This document shows, in pieces, positions 32,601-40,904 of a DNA stretch of 64,000 nucleotides. Numbering within the stretch: position 1 is the first letter of the stretch; each line of letters begins with the position of its first letter. The stretch comes from a virus. Taxonomy: Duplodnaviria; Caudoviricetes. A program made the translations under genes and the position numbers. The stretch is taken from the IMG/VR virus record IMGVR_UViG_3300008111_000023, positions 1-64,000 of that record. One strand, given 5' to 3'. The notes below the pieces were generated by a model, which saw only the letters and a program-made list of their open reading frames with translations, made no database searches and was not told the origin of the DNA.

Positions 32601-34409
32601 GTTGAAAATGAAATTGAATTTAATCTAGCACCAGCGTTGGGAGATGTTATTGAAATTATTGCTGTGGGTATAGGCGGTATAGGATTACTAGATTATCAAG
32701 AATTTGTAGCAGACGGTGAAACTAACTTATTTTTAACCAAAGCTGCATACGATCAAACATCAATAGTTTTAGTGACTGTAGACGGAGTAGCTATAGACGT
32801 TGGTTTTGTCAACAGTTCAGATTTTATTGATACTAAAAATAAAACAATGATACAGTTCGGATTAACTCCTGCATTTAGACAAGTTGTAAAAATTATCTGT
32901 TTTGGTGCAGTCGAAGGTGCAGATTCGTTTAACTCTTCCTTTATTCGAATTAATCAACAAACAGTTCCGTATGATGGAAGTACTAGGACCATAGCATTAG
33001 ATAATTTTGTTAATTTAGAACAATCGTCGGCAGCTGCCTCAATTATAGTCAACGTTAATGGTACATATCTTCAAGGAGTTGATACTACCTATATTGAATA
33101 TGACGGTACTAATAACAATATATCAGTGGGTGTTGATCCTGCAGAAACAATTGGAACTATTACTTCTGGAAATGTCAAAGTATACATTAATAATGTTCAA
33201 CAACAATTTGTTATTGACTTTACCTATAACGGAAACAACAATTTAATTAATATACCTTCTTCAAATTTAGAATTAGGCGATATAATCAGAGTTGAAACTA
33301 ATGTTAGATCAAAATATTCGATTGTTGATGGAAATATTATATTAGATAATAGTGTTGATCTAGAGGTTAACGATGATATTCAAATAACATGGTTTAGCCA
33401 ATATTCTACAATGAATATTATTTCAGACGAATACCAAGGCGGTAAATTGCAATACAAACTGCCAAGGGATCCTCTAGATGTTAATTATGTTTGGGTATAT
33501 AAGAATGGAATTCGTTTAACTAAAGATGCAGATTATAGACTATCGCGGTCTTCTATTGTTTATCTAACTGAAGAGTCGTTATCTACAGACACTATTAAAA
33601 TTGTACAATTTAGTAACGTAATTTATTCAAGTAATAGGGCATTTGAAATATTTAAGGATATGTTAAACAACTATCATTATAAGAGATATTCTAGAGATGT
33701 TGAAGTTAAATTAGTTAAAGATCTAAATTATTTTGATACATCTATAGAAGTTTCAAACGCTGATAAATTATCAACTCCAATCTTTAGTAGACGAATTCCT
33801 GGAGTTGTTATTATTAATAATGAAAGAATTGAATATTTTGAAAAGAATGGAAATATTCTATCTCAATTAAGACGTGGAAGTTTAGGTACAGGAATTGCCG
33901 AATTACATCTAACAGGTAGTTTTGTAGTCGATGTTGGTGCAACCGAAACTCTTCCTTATACCGAAAATCAAGAGAAAGCCAACTTTATCAGCGACGGTAG
34001 CACAATATTGATTGGACCACTAGATTATACTCCTCGCCAATCTACAAGAAATAATTGGTACAGAGAATCGATACCATCTAATTTTGGTCCTTGCGACGAA
34101 ATAGAAGTATTTGCGGGCGGTAAGCGCCTACGTAAAAATCCTATAGATGCCTATCAAGAAGATAACGGCGCTAGCAGCCCTGGTGCTGATATTATGCAAG
34201 AAGCTGAATTTTCAGTTAACGGAACAACTGCATATATTCGATTAACTGACTCAGTACCTGCAGGAACTCGAATAACAATCATTAGAAAATTAGGAAAAAT
34301 TTGGTATGAGAAAAGTGAATTTGCAGCCAGTAAAGGCATTACGTTGTTGTCTAACAACACACCTATTGCTAGTTTCATTGCTGTAAAGACCACTGAGCTG
34401 CCCGAATAA
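20685..34409 (+). CDS. Giant (4574 aa) multidomain baseplate wedge / adhesin-like virion protein in the gp7 position
   Basis: Single ORF after gp6 with FG-GAP-like propeller repeats, Y..G..V.Y....W repeats, GSGY..PTV repeats and C-terminal beta-sandwich-like repeats. Confidence 0.7.
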   Translation: MADKFFPDSQLPIRKTLDLLPQIFQTEANSKFLAGALDPLVQPGVLEKKVGYIGKRYGKTYKPNEIYLDTDQTLRSRYQLEPGVVVETDGKIKNFYDYLDFKNQLKFFNNSEERDDLITAQEHYTWSPPIDWDKFVNYREYYWAPDGPPPIKILGQAQNITSTYRVGLGVGSVYIFTPDGLTNNPTLTLYRGQTYKFQVNVPGNPLLFRTTIDTGTLLYNPDFQYSKGQLVVFDSKLWKAKNNITGNDGSTIDENTDDWEFVDFTAVSSSALNYTKGITNSGIENGTITFEVPLNAPDVLYYQSFTDPNRFGRIIITNIEENTKIDVENEILGKATYTSSNNVAFSNGMIVYFIGKVFPEKYSSNTSNNKWVVEGVGEKISLTNVADLIVSTTFSDTAPEILFDNGGFDTQPFDDASAYPGKKDYITINRSSLDSNPWSRYNRWYHRAVLDYAHTLNNSNFDAPETTRAKRPIIEFKPNLQLFNHGSIAKAAVDYVDDFTTDVFSVIEGSTGYIVDGEYLFNGARLLITNDTDTLANNQIYIVNFITHNNVKQISLTRESNVDTQAGDGVLIRRGIKNKGVMYHFNGIDWVQSQLKTATNQEPLFDMFDDNEVSFGDAETYPVSSFVGTPILSYKIGSGPTDIELGFSISYLNIDNVGDIQFNFNIDADSFNYKLDNINYSKEISTGYLKFNNDESFINAWNTLDSNYVQPIIDSVDITESTNEITTTMVDWNLLDDKDIRKILVYLNGVHVRSGFTRTAGTFVFDKQFTVGDTVAIKLFADIDPNTGYYEIPLGLEKNPLNEKIKTFTLGQASDHLATGLELLEDFTGIFPGLNNLRDISGYQTLTRRFLKHSSPSPLSIALLCNKENNIIKSIQYAKKSYTDFKNNFITLAYEIYYDQTANDFVDSILEEISRTQDINRPFAGSDMIGSGAHTTINYTVEDTGIKTFALSEKFDLKSLSSRAVYVYFNNQQLLVNRDYEFNSTFGFVNLMINLTEGDVIQIREYTSTAINFIPPTPTKLGLYKKYTPRKFVDDTYVDPKEVIQGHDGSITIAYGDFRDDVLLELETRIYNNIKQEYNESIINIDNILGGYYGNALYGKPALDKIISSEFLNWISGTNIDYVNNLYFDSENSFTYTYSNMVDPTGTQNLPGYWKGVYSWFYDTYRPHTNPWEMLGFSEKPLWWETEYGPAPYTSNNLILWEDLRDGIIRQGERAGTRDRYKRPSIMSHIPVDGDGKLLSPLDSGLAGNFSLINNQGAFKIGDDAPVEAAWRTSSEWPFAIISALALLKPFEFITDNFNKSFISTNKLGQTINLKTNLFSTFNDFVYENTTDTPVSGLVVYITNYLKSTAASTATLEDIVGNINVKLSNRISGFVDQQQQKYILDSKNPRSTSNSVFIPPENYDIIFNVSSPIFNLSYSGVILEKVNTGWKISGYDNSTPLFYYYQPTDSQSDPLISVGGLSENFLDWTENTFYGNGVICRFKDKFYRCLSSHTSSTEFLESTNGLNIWKQLPSLPLNGAVEAFRRRNFNKLKLKTLSYGTILTSIQQVVDFLLGYQEYLKSVGFIFDGYDRNSSTSFDWYTSAKEFMFWSKHNWAENSLLTLSPSATYIKIKFNIGVVDNILDSFYDYQVLKNDGNPLQPRFINVNRDFQEIVVSTTNTTDGIYFLRMHFVLKEHVVVFDDRTVFNDILYDKPTGYRQERIKSRGFRTVDWDGDYTSPGFLFDNVNIDVWQPFTDYKLGDIVAYKSYNWTSKKTQLGSAEFQDAFWSKLDSTPSKSLVPNFDYKINQFSDYYEVNTDGVGSSQRDLARHAIGYQQREYLQNIAEDEISQFRIYQGFIREKGTANAIVKVFDKLSRTQDDSVVLKEEWAFKIGEFGGTNQIDDFEFEIKKDNLVINPQPILLTYSTNSSVVLDQYLRINSSNFTIAPTPFTTDLNRTSYYDGVTRSAGYVNTNHVDFVVRTIDDIVNLNIADVYENAHIWITFYNNSWTVFRYNQEVALRVESLIKIDSNVELTLSRLHNFKVGDIVGLKYIANLTGFFKITAITNKTITVITTSTNEPEIEDSTSATIGIFTVARKTNYQELDPQQASLLSLSARIWVDANESDKWEVIEKTKQYTTYELSEYGITTPVGTGTSVVYIDNLKQIATGIPGSGYVMIYTTKASGEVIGLKQIVPPPDGFETAVGTSFGKVLAVSPDYKWLAVGSPNASGVKSAYQGELYQYRSYLAGEIVLYQGKLWEAIDNIDLGDGSSINFNSDDWKPATIVNANPAARGDGFTDQGMISLYKYSQGQWEIAYSFVSPRQAAYEEFGSAITIGVSGTTYYMAVSALGSLCDPAVGPNTGKGRIYLYQYNGTEWRHLENTKYLGVYQPSPLAFYPAGSIVWSNDSLWEALYDNTGDGSSLSLESSDWKKLDPISTQCSLPTNIAMDDDGSTLAEGLLSSTQLAELVKEGDQFGFSLTMSRDGRLLVVGAPNSDGQYFANYRGDWNVYQEYKEGDVVKYQNGYHRLTDATTSSITSLGQFPDDGLPWLNVGDSASPSTGKIYIYERNSNDLYSLTQTITADSLSDINDTTNSGIIGSGDQFGFAIDIDASGTTIVTSSPLADINKQNQGAAYVFKRDATQFRLKQKLQSYEYFTNEYFGSSVSISAATERIVIGAKNAGYAVDAYFTDGTTFDRRRTSFSSSRGFPGQVYVYERKDQGYFLVEKLEAELVSGESFGYSIDCTSSVIVVGSPTYQVEGVAVGMVRLFKKSPETNSFNVISQETPLVDVDLLQNIELYDNVNNKKITDLDVVDGFKLKILGVAEQEISYKTIYDPAIYMLGTDDQVVDESQPWFEKNVGKIWWDLSTVKFINYEQDDFSYRIGNWNSQVEGSSIDIYEWVESVLLPSEWSLLADTVEGLVEGISGQPKFADDTVYNTKILYNPNTGLTTGTLYYYWVSSKTLLPANNPNRRISASAIEDFINNPIGSGIPFVGILGTDKFLAYNFPAVIGTDTALINVEYTKNKKQLTPIHREYQLLTSGVADSLPSEYLEKKWIDSLVGSDEAGNAVPDPKLPVKKQQGLSFRPRQSMFVNRDKALKIAIDNINSVLITRPFADTIDFSNLNKFDPIPSEVLNQYDLAVDTYIDLEQVGTVKIRQAEFTANIINGEIDTIDISDAGFGYRTAPYIEIQGDGIGAKAFITLNAQGKVNSITLTSKGKKYTTAIVKIRPFSVLVRNDSTLNGFWSIYAWDQQRKIFYRSKSQGYDTTIYWEFIDWWKLGYSINSRIIKEITNIYQEPTLDLSVGDLIRVKEYGNGGWVILEKTIEGDGNLLGNYNLVGRQNGTIRITDTLYNRLINSLGYDNVGSYDAALYDLQPTKELRIILQAAKENIFVDDLRVEWNNLFFSSVKYAFSEQTYIDWAFKTSFLNAIHNVGDLEQKTNYKNDNLESFQQYIEEVKPYRTSIREYTSRYTKTESSNSAVSDFDLPPAYSVRDGKILPVNQYYNRFSEYPWKSWFDNNGYSIVAIEVANAGADYRTPPTVLITGNGTGATAQAFISNGRVSGIRVITNGSGYTQTPTVSLVGGNGTSINIARAVAVLGDTPVRSFDLTMKFDRTNKIGTYNDFEYSQTFIATGYSSIFDLNYAPTRDKGKITVVKNNQLVITNEYEISLYTSTIDTYELLKGKLKFFTNPNAGDVIVINYEKNTELFNSIDRIRKFYQPTAGMKGNDLGQLMTGVDFGGVQVQGTTFDVTGGWDALPWFTDSWDSVESSNDFYYVADGSTTFVVLPYTPENNQPISIYIKRVGDQRPIRIDDPNYTPSWDSSVATNPNAEMPTFVGDGSTNIIEVHRYLSTNSGDTLIFRKLESDGSVVISDVNLLDTRISGGSLSNINGAYVTAAGLTPEEIVIDGEKFISPDQVPAPEENIPGQVLDSLSIKVFNKTNPGAAPIQNNVIIGDGVRTRFTIGLSIFEATSVMVYVNKVKQEYIGDSTINYTIDFVENEIEFNLAPALGDVIEIIAVGIGGIGLLDYQEFVADGETNLFLTKAAYDQTSIVLVTVDGVAIDVGFVNSSDFIDTKNKTMIQFGLTPAFRQVVKIICFGAVEGADSFNSSFIRINQQTVPYDGSTRTIALDNFVNLEQSSAAASIIVNVNGTYLQGVDTTYIEYDGTNNNISVGVDPAETIGTITSGNVKVYINNVQQQFVIDFTYNGNNNLINIPSSNLELGDIIRVETNVRSKYSIVDGNIILDNSVDLEVNDDIQITWFSQYSTMNIISDEYQGGKLQYKLPRDPLDVNYVWVYKNGIRLTKDADYRLSRSSIVYLTEESLSTDTIKIVQFSNVIYSSNRAFEIFKDMLNNYHYKRYSRDVEVKLVKDLNYFDTSIEVSNADKLSTPIFSRRIPGVVIINNERIEYFEKNGNILSQLRRGSLGTGIAELHLTGSFVVDVGATETLPYTENQEKANFISDGSTILIGPLDYTPRQSTRNNWYRESIPSNFGPCDEIEVFAGGKRLRKNPIDAYQEDNGASSPGADIMQEAEFSVNGTTAYIRLTDSVPAGTRITIIRKLGKIWYEKSEFAASKGITLLSNNTPIASFIAVKTTELPE

Positions 34410-34419
34410 ATACACTATT

Positions 34420-35088
34420 ATGAATAACCAAGAAGAAACTAATATGTCAAATACACCAGAAAAATCAACAGTTCCTGATAAAATGCCAGACGAAGTTGGT
34501 GGTTTTCACTTCGAAGGGCATATAAAAATCTTTGATCCGCAAAGCGGAGAAGTTTTTATTGACAAGCGGAATGCAATTCATTACGAAAACATGAGCGTGG
34601 CCATGGTTAATAGCCTCTCAAATCAAGGCCAGGGCACAATTTATCAAATGGTATTTGGCAATGGAGGCACAAACGTTGATCCAACAGGACTTATTACCTA
34701 CTTAACACCTAACACTGTGGGTATTAATACCAGTCTTTACAATCAAACATTTAGCAAAGTAGTAGATCAAAATGCTGCCGAAAACGTAGATCCTGTTAGA
34801 AATAAAATGGAAATTAGGCATATTAGTGGCGCAACTTATAGCGATGTAATAATCAGTTGCATCTTAGACTATGGCGAGCCTGACGGACAGGAAGCATTTG
34901 ATAACAGTCAAGATATGAGTGGTAATTTTGTATTTGACGAGCTAGGATTGAAATCTTATAGTCCTAATGGAAATGGAAAACTATTAACACATGTTATCTT
35001 TCACCCTGTGCAAAAGTCATTGAACAGACTACTACAGATTGATTATACAATTCGAATTCAGAGCTTGACCAGCTTCACAGAGGTATAA
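34420..35088 (+). CDS. Baseplate / virion structural protein
   Basis: 222 aa with FDELGL and LLTHVIFHPVQKSLNR.....YTIRI. ATAAATA at 34406-34412; sits between the wedge and fibre genes. Confidence 0.55.
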   Translation: MNNQEETNMSNTPEKSTVPDKMPDEVGGFHFEGHIKIFDPQSGEVFIDKRNAIHYENMSVAMVNSLSNQGQGTIYQMVFGNGGTNVDPTGLITYLTPNTVGINTSLYNQTFSKVVDQNAAENVDPVRNKMEIRHISGATYSDVIISCILDYGEPDGQEAFDNSQDMSGNFVFDELGLKSYSPNGNGKLLTHVIFHPVQKSLNRLLQIDYTIRIQSLTSFTEV

Positions 35089-35091
35089 CAG

Positions 35092-37164
35092 ATGCCATAT
35101 ATTGTTAATTTTACCGATAAAGATAATAAACTGCCCATAACGGTTTATGATAATACTTCAAGTACTGATACCAGTTTAACATTTCCAGGACGAAATGTTA
35201 CAGGATACGGACAAACGATCGCTGAAAATTTTTTAGCATTGTTAGAAAATTTTGCCAAAGAATCACAACCAGCAAATCCTGTAGAAGGACAGTTGTGGTA
35301 TAATACTGCCGATGGGATACTTCAGATATGGGATAGCACTACATGGAAAGCTGCAAGTAATATTCAGAAAAGCGGAGTTGAGCCAGCTACTGAACAAAGT
35401 AAAGTTGGCGAGCTGTGGGTAGATACTACTAACCAACAGTTGTATGTATATTCAGGAACACGTTGGATTTTAGTAGGACCTAATTTTTCTACAGGTCTTA
35501 GAAGCGGACCTATTGTTGAAGCAGTTATTGATTCTGACAACGTATCTAAAGTTATTTTAATATTTTACATTGAAGACATTCCGCTTATCATCTTTAGTAA
35601 AGACAGCTTTACACCTAAAATATCTATTTCCGGATTTGTCACAATCAAATCGGGTCTTAATATAACAGAAAATGATGTAGGGCTTGGCGGATTTCCTACA
35701 AAAATTTACGGAGCAGCAACGTCTGCAGAATCTTTAGTAGTTGCAGACGTTGAAATTCCTGCAAATAAATTTTTAAGATCTGATATTATCAATACTACTG
35801 AATACGGAATCAATGTTAGAAATAATCAAGGCATCACATTAGGAGTTGACGGTACATTTAGTTTGACTACTTCTGAAATAGCTTCTAAAATTTATAATTC
35901 TTCTTCTGGTAGTAGTATCGATCTACAGATTAACAAAGATGGTATACCGTCTACAGTGCTTCGTGTAATTGGAAACACAGTAGGTGTTAACATACTATCT
36001 CCAGAAGAAGCACTCCATGTTGACGGCAACATTAAAACAAACGGTGCAATAATTCTAACTGATACTACGCCGAGTAGTAATTTTAGTAATGGAACTTTTA
36101 GAACAGCAGGCGGCGCAGCAATTAGTAAAAATTTATTAGTAGGTGACGGAGTCAAGGTAACTGGCACTAGTGAAGTTGACAATTTACAGCCTTCTACAAC
36201 TGATTTTTATGACAGCGGAACACCGCTAAAACGTTGGAACACAGTTAGAACAAAAACACTAATAGCCGAAACAATTGAAGGTGTTCTTACAGGAAATATT
36301 GTAGGAAATGCATCTACTGCTACTAACTTGAAATTTGTTACAACTTTTAAAATGGAAGGAGATGTTACAGCTCCAAATTTACAGTTTGACGGACAAGTAG
36401 GCGGAAACACAAAAACTTTTACAACAACTCTTACTTCGGGATTAATTAGCAGTAAGGATGAGCCATTTCCAAACATATCTATAAAAGCAGACACTGTATT
36501 GGTATACAGACCAGGATCGGGTCTTATCAAAGAGACTAGAGATACGTTTGTTGCCGATCTAGGAGTTCCCATTGGGGGAATTATGCCGTATGCTGGTGCA
36601 GAAGCACCTTACGGATATTTGTTATGCGATGGTAGTGAAGTTGAAAGAACTAAATTCAGTGACTTATTTGATGTGTTAGGAACTACATATAACGGTGCTA
36701 TTCCTTTAGTTGGAATTGGTACATTTAGAATACCTGACCTAAGAGGCAGATTTCCTCTAGGTAAAGACAACATGGATAATGCTGGAACTGTTCCTAATTC
36801 CTTAGGAGGATATGTTGACGCTGGAGGCGGAAACGTTGATAGGGTTTCTGGTACAGCACCTGACAACCTAGGCGACGGTGGCGGACAAAGTTCAAATATT
36901 TTAACAGTTTCAAATCTACCTGATCATGAACATAATATGAAAGGGTCTACGGGACAACAATATTACGCCACACGAATTGATACCGCAATTCCAAGCGATA
37001 CAGGATCGTTATCAGATAAAGGTCCTACAACTGTTGGACAAAGTCAGTATATTCCAACATCAGGCGGCATTAAAACTGCTGGAACATTAGGTCAAGAATT
37101 TAGTGTTATGAATCCGTTTTTAACATTAAATTATATTATTCGATCTGGTCCACCAGCATTCTAA
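35092..37164 (+). CDS. Tail fibre protein with tail-collar domain (gp10/gp12-like)
   Basis: Shared N-terminal GYG...ENF..LLENFA...P..GQLWY module; collar motif PIGGIMPYAG..AP.GYLLCDG...FRIPDLRGRFPLG; HEH metal-binding motif near the tip. Confidence 0.8.
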   Translation: MPYIVNFTDKDNKLPITVYDNTSSTDTSLTFPGRNVTGYGQTIAENFLALLENFAKESQPANPVEGQLWYNTADGILQIWDSTTWKAASNIQKSGVEPATEQSKVGELWVDTTNQQLYVYSGTRWILVGPNFSTGLRSGPIVEAVIDSDNVSKVILIFYIEDIPLIIFSKDSFTPKISISGFVTIKSGLNITENDVGLGGFPTKIYGAATSAESLVVADVEIPANKFLRSDIINTTEYGINVRNNQGITLGVDGTFSLTTSEIASKIYNSSSGSSIDLQINKDGIPSTVLRVIGNTVGVNILSPEEALHVDGNIKTNGAIILTDTTPSSNFSNGTFRTAGGAAISKNLLVGDGVKVTGTSEVDNLQPSTTDFYDSGTPLKRWNTVRTKTLIAETIEGVLTGNIVGNASTATNLKFVTTFKMEGDVTAPNLQFDGQVGGNTKTFTTTLTSGLISSKDEPFPNISIKADTVLVYRPGSGLIKETRDTFVADLGVPIGGIMPYAGAEAPYGYLLCDGSEVERTKFSDLFDVLGTTYNGAIPLVGIGTFRIPDLRGRFPLGKDNMDNAGTVPNSLGGYVDAGGGNVDRVSGTAPDNLGDGGGQSSNILTVSNLPDHEHNMKGSTGQQYYATRIDTAIPSDTGSLSDKGPTTVGQSQYIPTSGGIKTAGTLGQEFSVMNPFLTLNYIIRSGPPAF

Positions 37165-37175
37165 GGTAAACACAA

Positions 37176-39014
37176 ATGGCATATACACTTAATAAAACTG
37201 ATGGAACAATATTAGCTACCGTTGCAGACGGCCAAGTTGATGAGCTATCAACAGATATTACACTTATTGGAAAAAATTATAGCGGCTTTGGCGAATCTAT
37301 AAACGAAAATTTTATTAAAATTTTAGAAAATTTTTCTAGTACATCGCAACCATCTAGTCCTATTAGAGGACAAATTTGGTTTGATGCTAACGAATCAAAA
37401 TTAAAAGTTTATAACGGAACAGGGTTTGTACCAGTAAGCTCTGCAACAATATCCAGTCAACAACCTATTAATTTAGGTGTAGGCGACTTATGGTTTAATG
37501 ATACTGATAAACAATTATATTTCTTTGATGGTACTAACACTATTTTGCTTGGCCCTGATTATTCTGTTAGTCAAGGGGTTAGCGGATTACGTGTGGCAAA
37601 TATATTAGACTCGTTGAATCAAAGTCGAGTAATTACCTACTTGTATACCAACGGAGTTCTAATAGGTATATTCTCAAAAGATGCATTTACTCCAAAACTT
37701 CCAATAGATGGATTTAGCGGTAGTATTATTCCTGGATTTAATGCAAGTACATTAGCTGGCCTAAAGTTTAATGTGACTGCAACTAACAGTGAAAAGTTAG
37801 GAGGACAACTTGCTAGCTTATATGTTCGAAATGACACGTCAAACATTATTAACGGACAGATTATTGTTTCTTCAAATTTAGGTTTGATTATAGGTGATGC
37901 CAACCAAGGACAATTCCAAGTACAAGATGGTAATTTAATTATTGCTAATATTGCATCTAACAAGCAGATGGTTTTTAACGTTCGTCGAGATGTTATTGCT
38001 GAAGAAGCAATTGCAATTAGTGCCGATACCAGAACAGTTAATATATATGACGGATATCTTACAAGTGAAGTAGACATTGGTGGAAACTTAACGATTCAAG
38101 GCAATCTTACAGTGAACGGCGATGTTGTCACAGTTAACACTAGTGTAATGACTGTTGAAGATAAAAATATTGTACTGGCAAAACAGACAGGAGTAACTCC
38201 CTTTGATGCTAATGCCGCCGGTGGTGGCCTAGTTTTACAAGGGGCATCTAGCCATGTGTTTTTATGGCACGATGTTGGACAGACAGCACAGGCTTCTAGT
38301 TCAGAAGCTATTTCGGGTGGTTATAATGATGCTATTCCAGCACTGGCTAGTCAAGCGTGGACAAGCTCTGATCACATTAATTTAGCTTCAGGAAAAGAAT
38401 TTAAGATTGACGGAGTAACAGTTTTGTCAGGAACTTCGTTAGGAGCTGGCATTACCAGTATTCCAGGCGTTACTAGTTTCGGTACACAAACTCAGCTAAC
38501 AGTTGATAGTTTATATTTTAATGATGCTGCAATCGAAGTTACAGCATCTAATACTGATCTAACACTAACAATTAACGGCACAGGCGGCCTAAATTTAGGA
38601 AGTAAGCGGATTAAAAGTGTTGCTGATCCTACTACAAGTACAGATGCAGCAACTAAAAATTACGTTGATAATACTGTTAGATCTAGAAATCTTGTGCTTA
38701 GTATGGATATATCAGACGGAATTTCTAATGCAGGTATTGCCGCATTATTGGAGCAAATAGCACCAGTAGTCGAATATAACAACGGTACAATAGCTAGAGT
38801 TTTATGTTCGTTCTTGGTTAACGGTACCACTAACTTAGATATTAATCCGTTGCTGTCAACATCATCGACGGAATTTGTTACACCAACAGGAACAGCGTTT
38901 GGATTGAATAACATTAGTTTCACACCAGCAACCATTGCAGCACCTGGATTAGCAGTGTCTAGAACAGTTAAAACTTTTCAGATTATAACGGGCGCATGGA
39001 TATTTGTATCTTAA
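37176..39014 (+). CDS. Tail fibre protein (paralog 2)
   Basis: Same N-terminal module; GNLTIQGNLTVNG and VADPT...DAATKNYVD fibre motifs. Confidence 0.75.
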   Translation: MAYTLNKTDGTILATVADGQVDELSTDITLIGKNYSGFGESINENFIKILENFSSTSQPSSPIRGQIWFDANESKLKVYNGTGFVPVSSATISSQQPINLGVGDLWFNDTDKQLYFFDGTNTILLGPDYSVSQGVSGLRVANILDSLNQSRVITYLYTNGVLIGIFSKDAFTPKLPIDGFSGSIIPGFNASTLAGLKFNVTATNSEKLGGQLASLYVRNDTSNIINGQIIVSSNLGLIIGDANQGQFQVQDGNLIIANIASNKQMVFNVRRDVIAEEAIAISADTRTVNIYDGYLTSEVDIGGNLTIQGNLTVNGDVVTVNTSVMTVEDKNIVLAKQTGVTPFDANAAGGGLVLQGASSHVFLWHDVGQTAQASSSEAISGGYNDAIPALASQAWTSSDHINLASGKEFKIDGVTVLSGTSLGAGITSIPGVTSFGTQTQLTVDSLYFNDAAIEVTASNTDLTLTINGTGGLNLGSKRIKSVADPTTSTDAATKNYVDNTVRSRNLVLSMDISDGISNAGIAALLEQIAPVVEYNNGTIARVLCSFLVNGTTNLDINPLLSTSSTEFVTPTGTAFGLNNISFTPATIAAPGLAVSRTVKTFQIITGAWIFVS

Positions 39015-39040
39015 TAGTTAAATATGTAGGGGAGCGATAA

Positions 39041-40861
39041 ATGGCATACATCATAAACAAGTTTAGTGGCGGGCAATTAGTAGTGCTAGAAGACGGCACA
39101 CTAGATACTTCAACCAGTCTAGGATTGCTTGGCAGAAACTATACTGGGTATGGTGAAGTACAAAATGAAAATTTTGTATTCTTACTAGAGAATTTTGCCA
39201 ATGAAGATCCGCCTTCGCGGCCAATAACAGGTCAAGCATGGTATAATACATCGCTAGGATCACTTAATGTTTATAATGGTACAGCATGGACCCCAGTGGG
39301 CTCGGCAACAACCAGCAATACAGAACCCGAAGGATTTGACGGTGCTCTTTGGTATAAAGATACTACTGATCAATTGTTCATATTTGATTCGGGATTTTGG
39401 AAATTAATAGGACCAGAAGCAGTAGAAGGTTTTGGCGCTACTCGAATTAGAGCTAGAACAATATTAGACAATGCCAACATAGAACATGCAGTAGTAGAAA
39501 TTTTAGTAGACGGCACAACTTTTGTTATATGTGCCGACGAACCATTTACCATTGACGACAGCAACTTAGTTACAGGATTTACTAGTCTACAAGCAGGTAC
39601 AAATTTTTCATCTAATAGACCAGCAATTGGACCGTTAGTTGGTAATGCTTCTAGTGCATCTAGATTAGAACCAGGTAGACGAATTAACGGTGTCTTTTTT
39701 GATGGTCAAACAGATATTACAATTGGATCAAATACAACTAACACGTTAACAAGAGGCACATACTTAACAGGTGCAAATTTTAATGGATCGGCAGCAACAA
39801 CGTGGTCGGTAGATGCTAGTTCTGCTAACGTTATTGGTAAAATTGTTGCTAGAGACAGCGCAGGAGATTTTTCTGCAGGAACTATTACAGCTGATTTAGT
39901 GGGGAATGTCAGCGGTAATGTGACAGCAACTACCGGAACTAGTAGATTTATTAGGGTAGAAGCCAACGAGTTTGTTGGTGCTACATTATCAGGCAACGCA
40001 TTTTCGACCACAAAACTAGAAACAGCAAGAACAATTAATGGCGTACTATTTGATGGTACTGCAAATATCACAGTTCCTGCAAATGCAGAGACTCTTACAG
40101 GGGATAGGTTAGCTGTAGATATAAAGTATTCTAATCTAATTAGTGTAGGAACACTTCTTACTTTGCGAGTAAGCAATTATGCAACTTTTGGGCCTAGTCT
40201 TACTGAAAATGTAACAATTGGTTATTCGGATGCTACTAACCCTCTTCTAAGTAATGCAGGTTTTGTTAGCACAAATACTCCTTCACTCATATTATCTACA
40301 GGCGGTGCTGGTACCGGAGATGCGCTGACACTAGCCCTATGGAATAGTAATAAATCTTTGACTGAAGGAGGCGCTGCACAACCAGCACTAGTGCCATTAA
40401 ATGCAACGCCTCAAAACATAGGACACTCAAATTTTAAATGGAATAGAGTCTATGCTAATTATTTTGAAGGTATTGCAACTACAGCACAATATGCTGACCT
40501 TGCAGAAAAGTATGTAGCAGATGCAAATTACGAAGCAGGAACAGTGCTAGAATTTGGTGGTGAATTTGAAGTAACACTAGCAGAAGACGGTACAGCTAGA
40601 TTAGCTGGAGTAGTTTCCACTGATCCTGCATATTTAATGAATAGCAAGTGTGTAGGCAAACACACAGTTGCACTTGCATTACAAGGTCGTGTACCCTGTA
40701 AAGTAAGAGGTAAAATACAAAAGGGCGATATGTTGATGAGTGGCGGTGGCGGTTATGCCCGTAAAGCAACAAACCCGCAAATAGGTACGATTATAGGCAA
40801 GGCTCTAGCTGATTTTGATGGTGTAAGTGGAGTTATCGAAGTAGCAGTAGGCAGAGTTTAA
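39041..40861 (+). CDS. Tail fibre protein (paralog 3) with a C-terminal intramolecular chaperone (peptidase G2-like) domain
   Basis: Same N-terminal module; R.INGV.FDG repeats; AQYADLAEKY...ALQGRVPCKV C-terminus. Confidence 0.75.
   Translation: MAYIINKFSGGQLVVLEDGTLDTSTSLGLLGRNYTGYGEVQNENFVFLLENFANEDPPSRPITGQAWYNTSLGSLNVYNGTAWTPVGSATTSNTEPEGFDGALWYKDTTDQLFIFDSGFWKLIGPEAVEGFGATRIRARTILDNANIEHAVVEILVDGTTFVICADEPFTIDDSNLVTGFTSLQAGTNFSSNRPAIGPLVGNASSASRLEPGRRINGVFFDGQTDITIGSNTTNTLTRGTYLTGANFNGSAATTWSVDASSANVIGKIVARDSAGDFSAGTITADLVGNVSGNVTATTGTSRFIRVEANEFVGATLSGNAFSTTKLETARTINGVLFDGTANITVPANAETLTGDRLAVDIKYSNLISVGTLLTLRVSNYATFGPSLTENVTIGYSDATNPLLSNAGFVSTNTPSLILSTGGAGTGDALTLALWNSNKSLTEGGAAQPALVPLNATPQNIGHSNFKWNRVYANYFEGIATTAQYADLAEKYVADANYEAGTVLEFGGEFEVTLAEDGTARLAGVVSTDPAYLMNSKCVGKHTVALALQGRVPCKVRGKIQKGDMLMSGGGGYARKATNPQIGTIIGKALADFDGVSGVIEVAVGRV
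40482..40509 (+). repeat. 28-bp perfect direct repeat, copy 1
   Basis: CAGCACAATATGCTGACCTTGCAGAAAA, identical to 42295-42322. Confidence 0.9.
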
Positions 40862-40904
40862 ATAGCTTTATAGCGATAAATAATAGTTAGAACGGAGTAT
40901 ATCA

